DNA of 64,000 nucleotides from Psammoneis japonica (Eukaryota): NCBI GenBank assembly GCA_008632985.1, contig QPGO01000032.1, positions 59,330 through 123,329 of the forward strand, in the 5' to 3' direction. The position numbers were made by a program, and so were the translations under genes. How positions within the stretch are numbered: position 1 is the stretch's first letter; each line of letters opens with the position of its first letter. Shown here piece by piece: positions 50,025 through 62,600 of the stretch. The notes beneath the pieces are model-generated. The model worked only from the letters and a program-made list of their open reading frames with translations, was not told the origin of the DNA and did not search any database.

Positions 50025-50764
50025 GGTGTTTGGGGTTTTTTGTGGATGTCGGAAAATTGTGAGACAGTCGTCGCGCGATCCCATGCGCGTTTCTTCGTTG
50101 TTCGAATTGGTTCGCGCTCCCAAATGTTTGTCAGTATCGATTGCACGTCGATTTCTACCTATCACGAGCTATTTGGTCTGTGTCAAAAGCGAGCTAAGGG
50201 CAGACGTATACCGGCAGTAGTACCACTGCAAATGAGAATCACTCTGAATAAGCTGTTTTCGCTCTAAATAAAAAATAAACAGAGCATTTTGCTCCGATTG
50301 CAAGTGCTAAATAATTAATTGTGGCTTTGCTCCATTTAAGCCATAGTCAGAGCGACATGCTCTGTGTATAAGACAATCAGAGCAAAGTGCCAATGTTTGC
50401 CCTGTTCAACCGCATTCAGAGGATGCCTTCGATTAAGTGCAATTGTTCAGGGCATTCGCTTCAAATGGCTGCAGCCTCCTGCGACCTTTTACATTCTCAG
50501 AGCAAATGGTTTTTCTTCAAAGCAAACGAACAATGAACACACACACACACAATGAGACGCAATGATGGACGATTCAAAGCGTCATTGGCGCACATGCACG
50601 CATGCATTCATGGTTGCCAGTCAATGCTCGCAATCTCGTCGTTTTTGTTTGTGGCGATCTGTCGACGAGCATCGTTGTTGCTCTGTTGTTGTCAATTGTC
50701 GCCTGTGTCGGCGCATCGCACACACAGCACAATTTTTGCATTTCCACCTTTGTCTGTGTGAGTC

Positions 50765-53700
50765 ATGGCCTCCACAGCCTTCTCCACATGCTGCAAACAT
50801 TGCTTCTCGACTGTTCCATTGACTCAATGTGACAACTCCAACAGCATCGTAAACATGGGTGATTGCCTCTGTTCCGGCAAATGTCTCAACCCGGAGTGTT
50901 CAGTTGATTCCTTTTTTGTCTGCGAATGCTGCTGGAACAGCAGCAACACAAACAGCGGTGGTCGTCATCTTCCAATTCTTAAAGATTGGAAAACCTGCGT
51001 CAAGCACGCCAAAACTCCAACTCATGTGCAATCCTTTGAAGCTTTGAAAGCCGCACCAACAAGCAGTGCAAATGCCGTGTGTGCGCCGGCGGAGCCTGCA
51101 CACGACGAATGTTGGTGCAACGATGACAATGACGCCTCTGTTTCCGAGAGCAAGGAGCCTTCCAACCAAGATGATTGGATTTACGACGTCAATGATGCCG
51201 GCTCACGTCCTCCATTGCGCATTGATGATCTCCGACAAGGTTTTGATCCGGACTCCAACAGCCCGGCCTTTTTTTGGTGCGAGCATTCGCACCCCGGACA
51301 AGGCATCCAGAAATTGACAGCTGACGCTTTTGAATTGCCCGTCACCGAGGTGACCAAAGAAGAGGCCCATTTTTCACTTGTGATGGCTAGCCTGCTTTCA
51401 CAACTCACCGAGAAACAACGTGAATTGTTGGCAGAATGCATGCTGCAAGCCACAAACAGCCGTGATCCAGACTTGTCCATTTTTCGTCGGACTCGTGTCC
51501 CCACTTCTGTGAAAGATTTTGAAATGTTGCACTTGTCCAGCAAATGTGCCATTGTGCCAAATTTGCCTCATCCTGTTCCCAGGAAAACCGATGATGGCAG
51601 TCATTCCCATGTTTCCTTTAAAGACGTGCTTGCAAATGAGTTGGCAAAAGCCACGCAATTTGACAAGTTCTATTTTGATGCGGACGTCATTGTTCAAGAT
51701 TCGCAACCTGCCATTTCGCGCACACCGGCGGCGCATTCCTTGTTCATGGAACTTAAAGAAGATGTCAACGGTTTTGTGTTGTATCTTTGGGTGCGAGAAT
51801 GGCGTGATGACTTTGATCCCAATGGCACGAAGAAGTCACGCAATCAAGTGTGGCTTAACACGTGCACCTGCTGCCCTCCTCCCAATTCTTCCAGTGGACG
51901 CCACACCTGCTTCATGGCAATGTCGTCCAAGGGAGAAAATCATGAAGTTGTGGAGACAATGTTTGAACGTGAACTGCAGTCATTGTCTGAAGAAAGCCAT
52001 TGGTTTTACCATGGCGGACTGCAGAAGCTCACACGGGTTAAAGCTGGCAAACTCAGTGTTTGTGTGGATCGGCCTGAACGTTCCTGCATGTTTCGTGTTG
52101 GAGACCACAATGGCAGCTGTTCAACGTTTTGGGAACATGCCTGTCATGCAGATGGAAACTGTTCTTTCAATCACTTGCCTCATTGTCAGCTCTGTCGCAA
52201 AGCACATGTGAGCAACCATTTTAGCACGTCCGAGGATCCTTCTGATGTTGCCGACAATTCACAGGAAGAAGGAGCACCAGTGGATGGAGCAGTTGCAATC
52301 AACGTTCCTCCTGTTTCTGGCACATGTCCACACAATGCTTGTGCATCCTGGAATGTGTTCGACACTGCGTTTCGTTTTCTGGCTCCGGCTGACTGCCCCT
52401 GTTCACATGACCAACGCGAAGGTGCACCGAAACCTCCCACTGGCAGGGAAGTGACTGTCTTCAACCCGTCGGCACATGACATCCAATCCACTCAAGACTT
52501 GGCCACAGATCCATCCACATCGACCGATTCTTCTCGTCGCAGACGCAAACGCCAACGTGTGGCCGCCCCAAGACAATGGTTGGCCTCCATCAAACTCACT
52601 GTTCCCTGGTTACAGCAAGCGATCGTGTTTGCGCATCACAACATGAGAACACATCCGCCGGGCACCCCAAGTGCCAAGCGCTTTTGGACCAAAGCTAACC
52701 TCACGGCCTGTCTTCGTACTTGTGCCGTCATCCAACGCCACATCGACACAGTGCACGCAGCTGCAAAATGCAATCTGCCTTGCCCAACACATCCAGCACC
52801 TTGGCTTAATCCCAAAGCACTTTCACGTTGTCATTGTGCACCAATGCACACCATTGGTCTGGGCAATGTTAAAAGTGATTTCGAAATGATGTCCAAATTG
52901 TTCTCTCGATTTGAACTTCAGGCAACCTTTGGAAAGCAAGCAAACAAATGCTTGCGGTCCATCCAGTCCCTCCGATCAACCAAACATTTTGCGGCTCATC
53001 CACTGTCCACCAGCAAGTGGGGCACAGGTCCCTGGGTCAGTGAAAATTGCTTCTTTTGGGCAAGGACAGTAAAATTTATGGTTGCGCTGCCTGCGCTTCA
53101 CCAACAACGGGCAATGGACAATCACTCGGATTGTGCAGGTGTGTCACGGATGTTGCTTCGATTCGCTTCTGCCACACAAGCTTGTCTGAGCCGAGTCATG
53201 TCTTCGGAGCGCGTTGTTGGGGACCTTCACGAAATGGTTTTGACACATTTGGATGCAATGGTCGAGATGGACATGTGGTTGATGAAAGCACCCTCAGATG
53301 AGGCAGACAATGATGCCGTAGAAGGCGACGGTGAAGTTCAGAAGAAAAAGAAAAAAAGGCGAACTTTGTGAAATCTGTTTCACTTGGAATGCTGGGAGTC
53401 ACGGAATCCCACCAACATGATGGACCGGCCATTCTGCATTGGGAGGGTGACGATTCTGGAGAAAGTGGTGTGCAAACTGTGAGGCCAGAGGTCAGCATCA
53501 AACGCAGCAATGCAGGCTGGCAAACAATCGCTTTGCGTCACATTCACCAACAGGCAACCATTTCTTGGCTTTTAGAACGTGACAGTGAGAAAGGTTCATC
53601 GAAGAACAGACGTCTAGATGGCATCTTCAAAATCTACAGCAACTGGAACACATTGTTGGAGGCAAGACAGCAATGCCTTCCCTTTGCTGGCCTTGTGTCG

Positions 53701-54063
53701 TCCGATTGCACTGTGTGGCTGTTGTTTCGACCAGTGGGTGAAAAAGGAGCTGCTCGCTCCTCTGCAACTGCAGTTGCTTTAGAATTTGTGGATGAGGAAG
53801 GTGAAGAAATTTTGGACTTGTGTTGGATGGCGCCAGCTCAAGTGACAGACAGGAGAAAATCATTTGATGCGGCAACAGATCTTTGCAACAGTTTGGGACA
53901 TCAGTTTGTGCTGGCATTGCCAAGGATGGAAGATGATGGTGAAACGTTCCTAAACAGCTTTTATTGTGTCAGCCATCTGTGGAATGAAAGAACCAGAGAT
54001 GGATGCTTTGTGAAAACGGAACTCAGCTTGGACGTTTTCGACGATTGGTTGACAGCCGGCTAA
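50765..54063 (+). pseudogene. Plavaka/CMC(CACTA)-like transposase, frameshifted in an A-run near 53345-53357
   Basis: EWRDDFDPN...NQVW, VCVDRPER, CAPMHTIGLGNVK, WVSENC, then (KANFV)KSVSLGMLG...DGPAILHWEG...GE. These match the WxDD, DxPE, MHxxxLG and GP...W pattern of CMC/Plavaka transposases. Confidence 0.7.
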
Positions 54064-54311
54064 CCATCAACTGCTCTGTCATCCGTCTCGGTTGACAATC
54101 CAGCCTGTGTGGGGGAGACAATGGCATGAGCAGTGCACGTGCTCCAATGGTGGATAGACCCGTGAAGGAGCAGCGCACATGCTCTTTTGTTTAAAGACGC
54201 ACTGTTGTGGCCGACACGCAGCTAGCTGCGGGGGACAAGAAGGACATGCGAGCTGGGCATCTGCTCTCATTTCATGTTCCTCTTTCTCTTTATGAAGTGG
54301 AACTGTGCAGA

Positions 54312-56720
54312 TTAGTCCCTCATTGCGTTTGACATTTTGTTTTGGGCCAAAATGTCCAACATCGCCTCTGGTGGATTAGACAGCAGTTTGTCAAAATTGA
54401 GTTCAAATGCAATTTGAATGGGACCATGATCCCAGGTCGACCCGGCCCAATCATTGTCCTCACACAGTTCTTTGGCAATCTCCTCCATCTTTTTTTCCTC
54501 ACTTTCACATGAAAAGTTTTGGATTAATCCACCGGGAGGCAGCTCTTCGGGGTCACTGGAACCATCAAAGTGACAAAGAAAATTCACCTCATCGTGGAAA
54601 ACAAAAAATGACATTCCTGCAAAATGGACATCGCAGCAGTTTACCCTCCCTTTGCTGATCCAGAAGCGAAACATTTTGCAAAGAATGTTCTCAACAAAAC
54701 GAATGGTGAAGTGAGTGTCTTTCTTGTCATCACCCCCGGGGTTGTTCAACTGCACAGTGAATGCACCCTGTGTGGTTTGAGCCAAATGGAACATGTCCGC
54801 ATCGTCCATCTTGCCCAGTCCACATTCTTCGGCAATTTTTATGTCAGGGAGGGAATCCTTTTTGCAGTGGCAACAATGCAGCATCCAAACAGGAAGCTGG
54901 CCAATTTCTGCCATGATCGCAATCGAATGATTGAGATGCAAGACGTCGCATTGCGGGGAGAATTCAGACAACTGATTCATCAGTTTCTTGTAAATGGAGA
55001 CGATGTCTTTGTTTTGTGGCTTGTTTGCATGCTCATTCCAAATGTCACAAATCCACTTTCCCTTTTTGTCATTCCATTTTTTCCATTCAGCCTTGGTTGG
55101 CAAGGGTGGTCTCTTGCTGCGTGACGCACATCGTAGAGGGATGCCTCTAGAGTGTGCCTCTTTTGCGTGGACCATCATTTCGTAAATGAGATGTCCCAAT
55201 CCGCAGGGGTCGCTTGGTGGCTGGAAGGCATCAATGGACAAAAGAACCAACGCAACTGCTCCAAAGCAATGTGACTGCGCCGGGTGCACCTCGAAGCAAG
55301 TCTGAACAGCGACAATCTGCGGCAACGTAAGTGAGAATTTGTCAATCATTGCGACAATGAAGTGTAGAAAGAGCTGGTGGCATGACGTTGGTTCCATGTT
55401 GCAGTCGCCTTTTAATGCATCGATTCCTTTGTGTCCCTTAAATCCTGTCAAGTGATCATGGACAATTGCCGGCTCCAGTCGTTGCCGGTGCACGGGCAAG
55501 TTTTGGTGGGTGCGAATGGCTCGTGTTGTGATGGGCAAGGCAAGTCGAATCCTCTTCTCCGCAGTTTCTACAGAACTGCGGGTGCAAGCAATGACAGCAT
55601 CTCTTGTTTCTCTGTCATTTGTGATTTTTGAAACAGACAAAACTGGGGTCATGTCTTTGTTTTGGCCGTTGCATTCATCCAAGTGGCAATCCGTAATTTT
55701 GCCAAATTTGGCATTCGCCAGATGCAGTGCCTCCACGACATTATTTGCTGAGGCATCCGGCAATGAACCCGCGTGGTCTTGACGTCGGTTTTTTGTCTCT
55801 TCATCGTGCCACAATCTAGATGTAAAAGTGGGATTCAGTGTCTCCGCAATTTCAGACATTGACTCAAAAAAAGGCATTGCTTCCTCAGTCCCTTTCCTAA
55901 CTCAAGGCCGTGCAACACCATCAGCATGGCCTTCCTTTGTAGTGCTTGTGTTGGTGCAAACGCCGAAATCTGCAAAGTGGTCCTTTGGTTGACGATGGGT
56001 CCCAGTTTTCTTGGGCTTGTTGCTTTTCTTTTTCTGAAAACGTTTTCTCTTGCCAGTTTTCTTGCCAACATTGCCTTTCCTTGTTTTCTTTCCCTGGTTG
56101 CTTTTCGACTCACGTTCATGGCATTTGTCAATCAGCACGCGCGATCGGTCCCAGTCAATGCGGCAGATTGGGTGTTTGTTTGGAAAGTGGTCAAGCACCA
56201 ACATGAAGTCATTGCAATGGTCGGAATCAACATCATACAAGGACCATTTGATGTCAGTTTCATCCTGTCCAAGTGTTGACGCCAAATCCAGAATTGGCAC
56301 TTGGCAGTGGGGGATGTCTGTTCTGCTTGCCAAGTGAACCTGCAGTTTCGACTGGAAGACAACATGCAGATGGGTGGCATGCTTTTGCCTGCGTTCTCCA
56401 GACAGTTTCCCCAAATTGTCAAGTGCTTTGGCTTTTCCAGAATTGTAACGGAAGTGAGCACTGTTCATCTCCTCAAACACAAAAACAACATTGAACATGT
56501 TTTTGGCATGCAAGCTCTCTTCTTGTGGCAGGGAACGGGACAACACTGTTTTCTCCCGCCGAGTCTTGTGGTTGCCAGTGAAAGTTGGACGCTGCATCTG
56601 CAAGGGCAGTGCTGCCTCAAAAGCGCTTGAATGGCAATCAGATGATTCGTCTCTGCTTCCATTGGGCAAATCAGAATCAGAAAAAATCAATGGGAAGTGC
56701 TGACACAACTGCGCCATCAT
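54312..56720 (-). pseudogene. About 800-aa cargo protein with TET/JBP-like HxD..N and RxxxxYxR motifs and a helical HhH-like C-terminal domain; one internal TGA
   Basis: ORFs 55902-56720 and 54312-55877 are in one frame, separated by a single TGA (55902-55904, likely from CGA). CHLDECN (HLD at 55677-55685), RDAVIACTRSS (55578-55604), LNHSIAIMAEIGQLP and TIRFVENILCK (54675-54692). The functional call is tentative. Confidence 0.45.
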
Positions 56721-57964
56721 GCCAATGCAAATGATGATTGGTCGCTCTGACTTGAGAAAACAGAATCAATGACACCACTGTTTGTTGATTGTTCCTCGAC
56801 GTGATGCACAGAAGCCGAGTCCTCATGGCGTTTTGCTTCTTCCCGCATGTGCTGCACACTCAGCAAGCAAAGCAACCGGTCTGCTGGTCTTCGCTTGCGA
56901 GGAGGTGGAGACCGTCCCAGGGGAGATTCCAGGCTGCGTGACCTGGATGTGGCAGATCTTGTGCGGTGTGAGATTGGACTGCCACTTCTGTTTCTGCGGA
57001 GTCGCATTTGATGAAATGGGACCATGCCACTGTTGGCAGGTTGACTTGTTCTGCTTGAACTCCTTGAGCGGATGCTGTCATCTGCAGAACGTGCGGGAGG
57101 ATGGCTTTTGTCCCAACTGCGACTCTCAGATTTTCTCGATGCACCCAACCTGTGCGAGCGCAACGAATGCCTGGGTTTGCGAACACGCGATCGACCCCGA
57201 CACCTGGATGGTGACCTCAACATTGTTGGAGACCTGTTTTTTGACCTGGAGGGTGACCTGCACCTGGATGGTGACCTGTGCGGTGACCTGTGTCTACGCC
57301 GAGGTGACAATCTAGACCTTTTGTTGGAAGAATCCAGAGACCTTCGACGAGACCATTGCGGTGAACTGGATGGAGACCTTTGGCGTGACCTCTGCCGCGA
57401 TTGCGATCGACCTTGGTGATCCCCACATGGAGAGCAGGGAACAGCACCACAACATTCCCTGCAACTGCACCGGGAACTTGAGTCATGGCAACCCATGGAT
57501 GGTGACCGACACTGTCGCCGATGCCTTCGATGAGAATGAGACCTAGACCCAGAACAACGAGACCTTGATCGACAAGGAGAACCACGCGAAGAAGTTCCAG
57601 AACGACAACGATGTCTGGTCCGATGACGCGATCGAGACCGAGAACTTGACAAAGAGCGAGACCGAGAACTTGACCAAGACCGGGACGGCGATTGATGCCT
57701 TCGTCGTTGGTGGGAATTCGACCTCGACCTGCATCGCCGTTTAGACAGTCTGCGTTCCCTGGATCCGTCGTCTCGATTTGACCACAACCGACCTGTGGAA
57801 CTTTGAACAGGCGATTCGGATCTTTGACAAATCAAGCGACCCGGCGGATCTCTTGATGGACGCGCACTCCTTGTCCTTCTTCCCTTGGGAGCGCCAGATC
57901 TGCTCCAAGCGGGAGCGTCACATTTGCCTTTTCTGTGATGCATGGATGGTTCGAATTTGAGCAA
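56717..57964 (-). CDS. Arg/Ser-rich low-complexity cargo ORF (probably degenerate)
   Basis: 415-aa frame of RSRS and RSPS repeats. An upstream frame (57918-58175) with CSHC may be its N-terminus. Confidence 0.5.
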   Translation of the reverse strand: MLKFEPSMHHRKGKCDAPAWSRSGAPKGRRTRSARPSRDPPGRLICQRSESPVQSSTGRLWSNRDDGSRERRLSKRRCRSRSNSHQRRRHQSPSRSWSSSRSRSLSSSRSRSRHRTRHRCRSGTSSRGSPCRSRSRCSGSRSHSHRRHRRQCRSPSMGCHDSSSRCSCRECCGAVPCSPCGDHQGRSQSRQRSRQRSPSSSPQWSRRRSLDSSNKRSRLSPRRRHRSPHRSPSRCRSPSRSKNRSPTMLRSPSRCRGRSRVRKPRHSLRSHRLGASRKSESRSWDKSHPPARSADDSIRSRSSSRTSQPANSGMVPFHQMRLRRNRSGSPISHRTRSATSRSRSLESPLGRSPPPRKRRPADRLLCLLSVQHMREEAKRHEDSASVHHVEEQSTNSGVIDSVFSSQSDQSSFALA

Positions 57965-58634
57965 GCAGATGCTGCAATGAAAAACAATGAGAGCAGAACA
58001 GCTTCACAACTCCTTTGTCATTTGTGCGAGAATGTGATTGTGCGATGATGATGTTGCCTTTGTCTGGTCGTGATTGAGAGATGATGTATGTTGGGTGAGT
58101 CAGAACACCGGAATCCGGAATTTTGCATGTCATCCCCTCACGTGGCCAACTGGTTGTGGCCGCCTGCAGCGCCACAAACAGAACACCACAAAAATTCTGT
58201 GTTCATTGTAGAATTTAATGAGAAAATAAGTCCCCTCTTTTCTACAACATCACTGCATTTGCCGCATGTTACAATGACACAAATGTCAGAAAAGCATGCA
58301 TCCATGACACCGCCGCTGACACCGCTGTTGTCATCAAACTTTGCTGTTCATGCAATGCTGTTGTCATTCATCCTTCCATTGCATGTTGTCATTCTTGTCA
58401 ACTTGTTGACAAGTGTTGACAATGTTGTGACCTTTAGTGAAGGTTCATTGCGAGACACCACCAGAACCGAAACTTCATCGCTGCTGTAAGAACAATGCTG
58501 AGCTCACGGCGCAGTCTGCACATTGTTTCTTTATCTCACATCTCAGACAATTTGGTGTGCATGCTGCATTTCGTTGACTCTTTACAATCATCATCAGGTG
58601 CTGCCACGAAATTGGTTGCAGACAAAGTCAGCAA

Positions 58635-59586
58635 CTTCCCTGCATCTCCGCGTCAACTGCTGACAATTGCACAGCAACGGACGAGTGGGACTGCCAGTCC
58701 GTCGCCCAGCGACATTCCGCCAATCGGTTTTCAATGATGAGACCTGGAGAACTGGCTGGGGCACCCTCGTTGTGTTGTGCAGTTTGAAGAAAAGGGGACC
58801 GGCTGATCTGGGTTGTGTTGGCAGACGGCATGAGCTCCTTTTTCCTTGACATTGTCAAGAACACATGTGTTCCAAGGCCACTGTTGTCGGTGGGTCGTCT
58901 CCGTCTGTTGTGTCTCTTCCCTGCATCTCCGCGTCAACTGCTGACAATTGCACAGCAACGGACGAGTGGGACTGCCAGTCCGTCGCCCAGTGATGTTCCG
59001 CCAATCGGTTTTCAACAATGAGACCTGGAGAACTGGCTGGGGCACCCTCGTTGTGTTGCACAGTTTGAAGAAAAGGGGACCGGCTGATCTGGGTTGTGTT
59101 GGCAGACGGGGTGAGCTCCTTTTTCCTTGACATTGTCAAGAACACATGCATTCCAAGGCCGCCATTGTCGGTGGGTCGTCTCCGTCTGTCACATCTCTTC
59201 CCTGCATCTCCGCGTCAACTGCTGACAATTGCACAGCAACAGACGAGTGGGACTGCCAGTCCATCGCCCAGTGACATTCCGCCAATCGGTTTTCAACAAC
59301 AAGACCTGGAGAACTGGCTGGGGCACCCTCGTTGTGTTGTGCAGTTTGAAGAAAAGGGGACCGGCTGATCTGGGTTGTGTTGGTGGACGGCGCAAGCTCC
59401 TTTTTCCTTGACATTGTCAAGAACATGCATGTTCCAAGGCCACCATTGTCGGTGGGTCGTCTCCGTCTGTTGTGTCTCTTCCCTGCATTTCCGCGTCTGT
59501 CGCCCACCGACAGTCCGCCAATTGGGTTTTCAATGACAAGACCTGGAGAACTGGCTGGGGCACCCTCGTTGTGTTGCACAGTTTGA
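58635..59586. repeat. 281-bp tandem repeat, three full units plus a partial fourth with an internal deletion
   Basis: cttccctgcat anchors at 58635, 58916, 59197 and 59478. Confidence 0.97.
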
Positions 59587-59629
59587 CGCAAACAAGGCAG
59601 CAGCAAAGGGAAGCGAGGATTCGCCTGCG

Positions 59630-62600
59630 ATGTCAAGGGACAATGGAATGAAAGCTCTTGCCAAAGCGGCTGTTGTGGCTTCCCGAGAAGAGAATGAGGA
59701 AATCCGGTTGTCACAGGAGGAGAACAACCACAATTCCCAGGAAGAAGATGTGGAAGAAGAGGAGGAGGAAATGCTGGAGGAAATGCGGACGTCAGAGGAG
59801 GACAAGGAAGCTGTGAATTCTAAGGAAATGGACAATGATGCTTCTCAGGAGAAGAAAGATGCGGGTTCTTTACCAAAATCATCAAAATCCAAGGAGGGGG
59901 ACATTCAACACATTCCCACCAAGCTCCGGCGTTTCGTGAATGCAATCAAACATGACATGTCAAAGCGTGTGCGGGACAATGTCCACCGCACTTGTCCCTT
60001 GTTTACCGTGGTCAACCCAAGCACAGAACCAAAATCACTGACAACACTGGCAAATTCTGGATGCGGGCCGAATGATCGCGGGAAGAAATGCATTTTGTTG
60101 CATCACAACCAGAAGGGGTTGTCATCCGACTTCGGCAAAGAAGCAAGTAAAAAAGCAAGGGCAGCTGTAAAGGATTTTCTTCTTCGTGAATTTAATCAAG
60201 AAAACGAAGGCGACATTGTCGACTTGTTGAACAACAAACACACTCACATTTTGGGAATTTGTGCAATGCCAAAAAATCAAGAAAGTGGCAAACTGGCAAC
60301 TGATCTTGTCGCTGCATTGTTGCATCGGTGCATTGAATTGGTGCCAGTGACAATTGTTGACTGTGTTCGAGTCGACAGAGGAGCCAAAGCACATGACCAT
60401 GGGTTGTGCCCCTTCCTGATTAGCCTGGCTCAATCTATCGGCTGCACGGTTGTTGGCACTTGGGACACAATGCTGCATTGTCAAGTCAAGCTCAAACAAT
60501 GCCACTGTGAAAGTTTGGGTTTCGAGGACATCACAGAGGAAATGAATGAGGAGCCCTCTTGGGAAAGAGCAAGACACCATTGGAATTGGAGTGCTTTGAT
60601 CAAAGAGGACGGAGACAACACTGGGGCACTGATGGTGAAACGCAGAGTCACCACACGTTGTGCAAAAATTGCGTTGCCCATCTCTCACACAGAGGATGAT
60701 TTCCAATGCAATGTAAAACATTGGCGAGATCGTGTTGGGTTCTGGAGCAGCAAGAAGAGACCCGCCGATCAATGCCAAGATTTGGTGGATCAAGAGAAAG
60801 ACCTCATCTACAAATCGTCAGTGGTGATGGTTGGCAATGCGACACTGGATTCTTTTAAAGATTCCTGGCAAAAACACATGGATGGACGCCAATGGTTTGA
60901 CATTGGAAAGTGCATTTACGAATCCTACGAACATTGCGTGGGTGCAAGTGACGCCAACCAAGTTAAGTCACATTTCAAGACAACGGCTTTGTTTGCCGCA
61001 AGCGTCAATTTCTCCCACCAAATGAGCGAATTGGCAAATGATGAAACATGGAAAAGAGCGGCGTTTCGATCGAGGACTTCCGAGCTAGCTCAAAGAGCGA
61101 AATGTGTGAGGGGCAAGTTTAACGCAACTGCGGAGTCGGGAGCTGACAACCGGAAGTATGTTCTCAGCCCCAAGTGTCACCAACGGAGTCGGAGCGATTC
61201 AGATGAAGACATGGAAATGGAAATGCCTTTAGGTGATGATGGAGCCACATGTCAACTTCTTGAAAGCATCTGTTTGAAGTGCAACACGTGCAACATGGTG
61301 TTTCCCATCGATTACAACCAGGAAGATCAAGGTGGACTGTCACCAGCAGCAACTTTGTTTTCAGTGCTTGCGGGACCTTGCTGTGATCATGCAATGTGTG
61401 TTCCGGGCAAGTGCCCCATTTGCACTGCACAAAGCAAAAGTGCAGTGTACGAACTGCTGGTTGGTGCTGCACAAGAAGACAGAGAAACTCTGAAGGACCT
61501 GGAGAAACGCCAAGTGTGGTTGAACAAAAAGGATTTCTTTCTGCCACCTTTGCGACACATTGCAATTTGGTGCAAAGAAGCAGAACAACTGCATTGGCAC
61601 CAGATCAATCGGTTGTTCCGACAATGTCATTTTACAGAGCTGGCGAAGGAGGCGATGCTTGACAAAAAATTCTCTGCCAGGGGAAACAAGAGAGAAAAGA
61701 AGGAACCGAAACCACAAGAGGGAGATGGTGACCCAGAGGAAGAGGAGTCCGAATCGGAACCAGAAGATCAAGGTCTCCTTGTGTCACGAAGAAAAGTGTT
61801 GTCTGCCAGGGACAAGAAATGTCAAGATCTACATCATGAGGCGAGGATGCACTGTGAGGATGCCAAAGAATTGGAACGGCTGCATGGTTTTGAGTGGGTC
61901 GATCGGGCCACACGGCCGGATGAAAGTGAGGTGCCAGGTGATGCTGTTGATTGTGAAGGACCAGTTTTGTGTGGATGGTTCGAAGATTTCAAGCACGGCA
62001 GAACATTTGCTGAAGACCATTTTGGAGCGACGAATGACAAGGACATTGGAGGAGGGCCGATGAACCTTGTTCGAGCCGCAATTGAGGAAGCCAAACAGAA
62101 ACCCAACACAAGAGTGATTTTCAATGCCAGACAAAAGAGGCAAATTGGCAAAAGAGCTGATCACGCAATGAACAATGGCCAGGTTCACAAAGTGAGACGG
62201 CTGACAGCAAAGGAGCTAACAAAGGAGGGGCTTGCAGCCGATGATGATTTTGAAGGTCCGGAGGGAACGCCAGCATTCGTGGGGGTTGGCACAAGGAAGA
62301 AACCGTGCTGTTGCACCATGGAGTGGGCAAGAGCCAATTTTCAGCAGCGATGCCCCACAGTGTACAAGGCCATGTGTGATTGGGAACCAGGGAAGAAATG
62401 GCACAGACTGCCGGAGGGTCACGTGTCAGATAAAAGCGGGCTGGAATTTCCCAGCTCGGGACCCCCAGTCAAACATCAACAAGGGGAGAAAGACACGTGC
62501 GTGTTTTCGAGCCTGGCCAGTGTCCTAAATTACATTGGAGATGAAAGGATGGAGCGATGTGTTGTGAGTTGCATGGATCATTCTTGCAGATCAGAGAACA

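Noticed and set aside
58635..59586. CRISPR array
   Set aside because: Contiguous 281-bp units without unique spacers, no cas genes, eukaryotic context.
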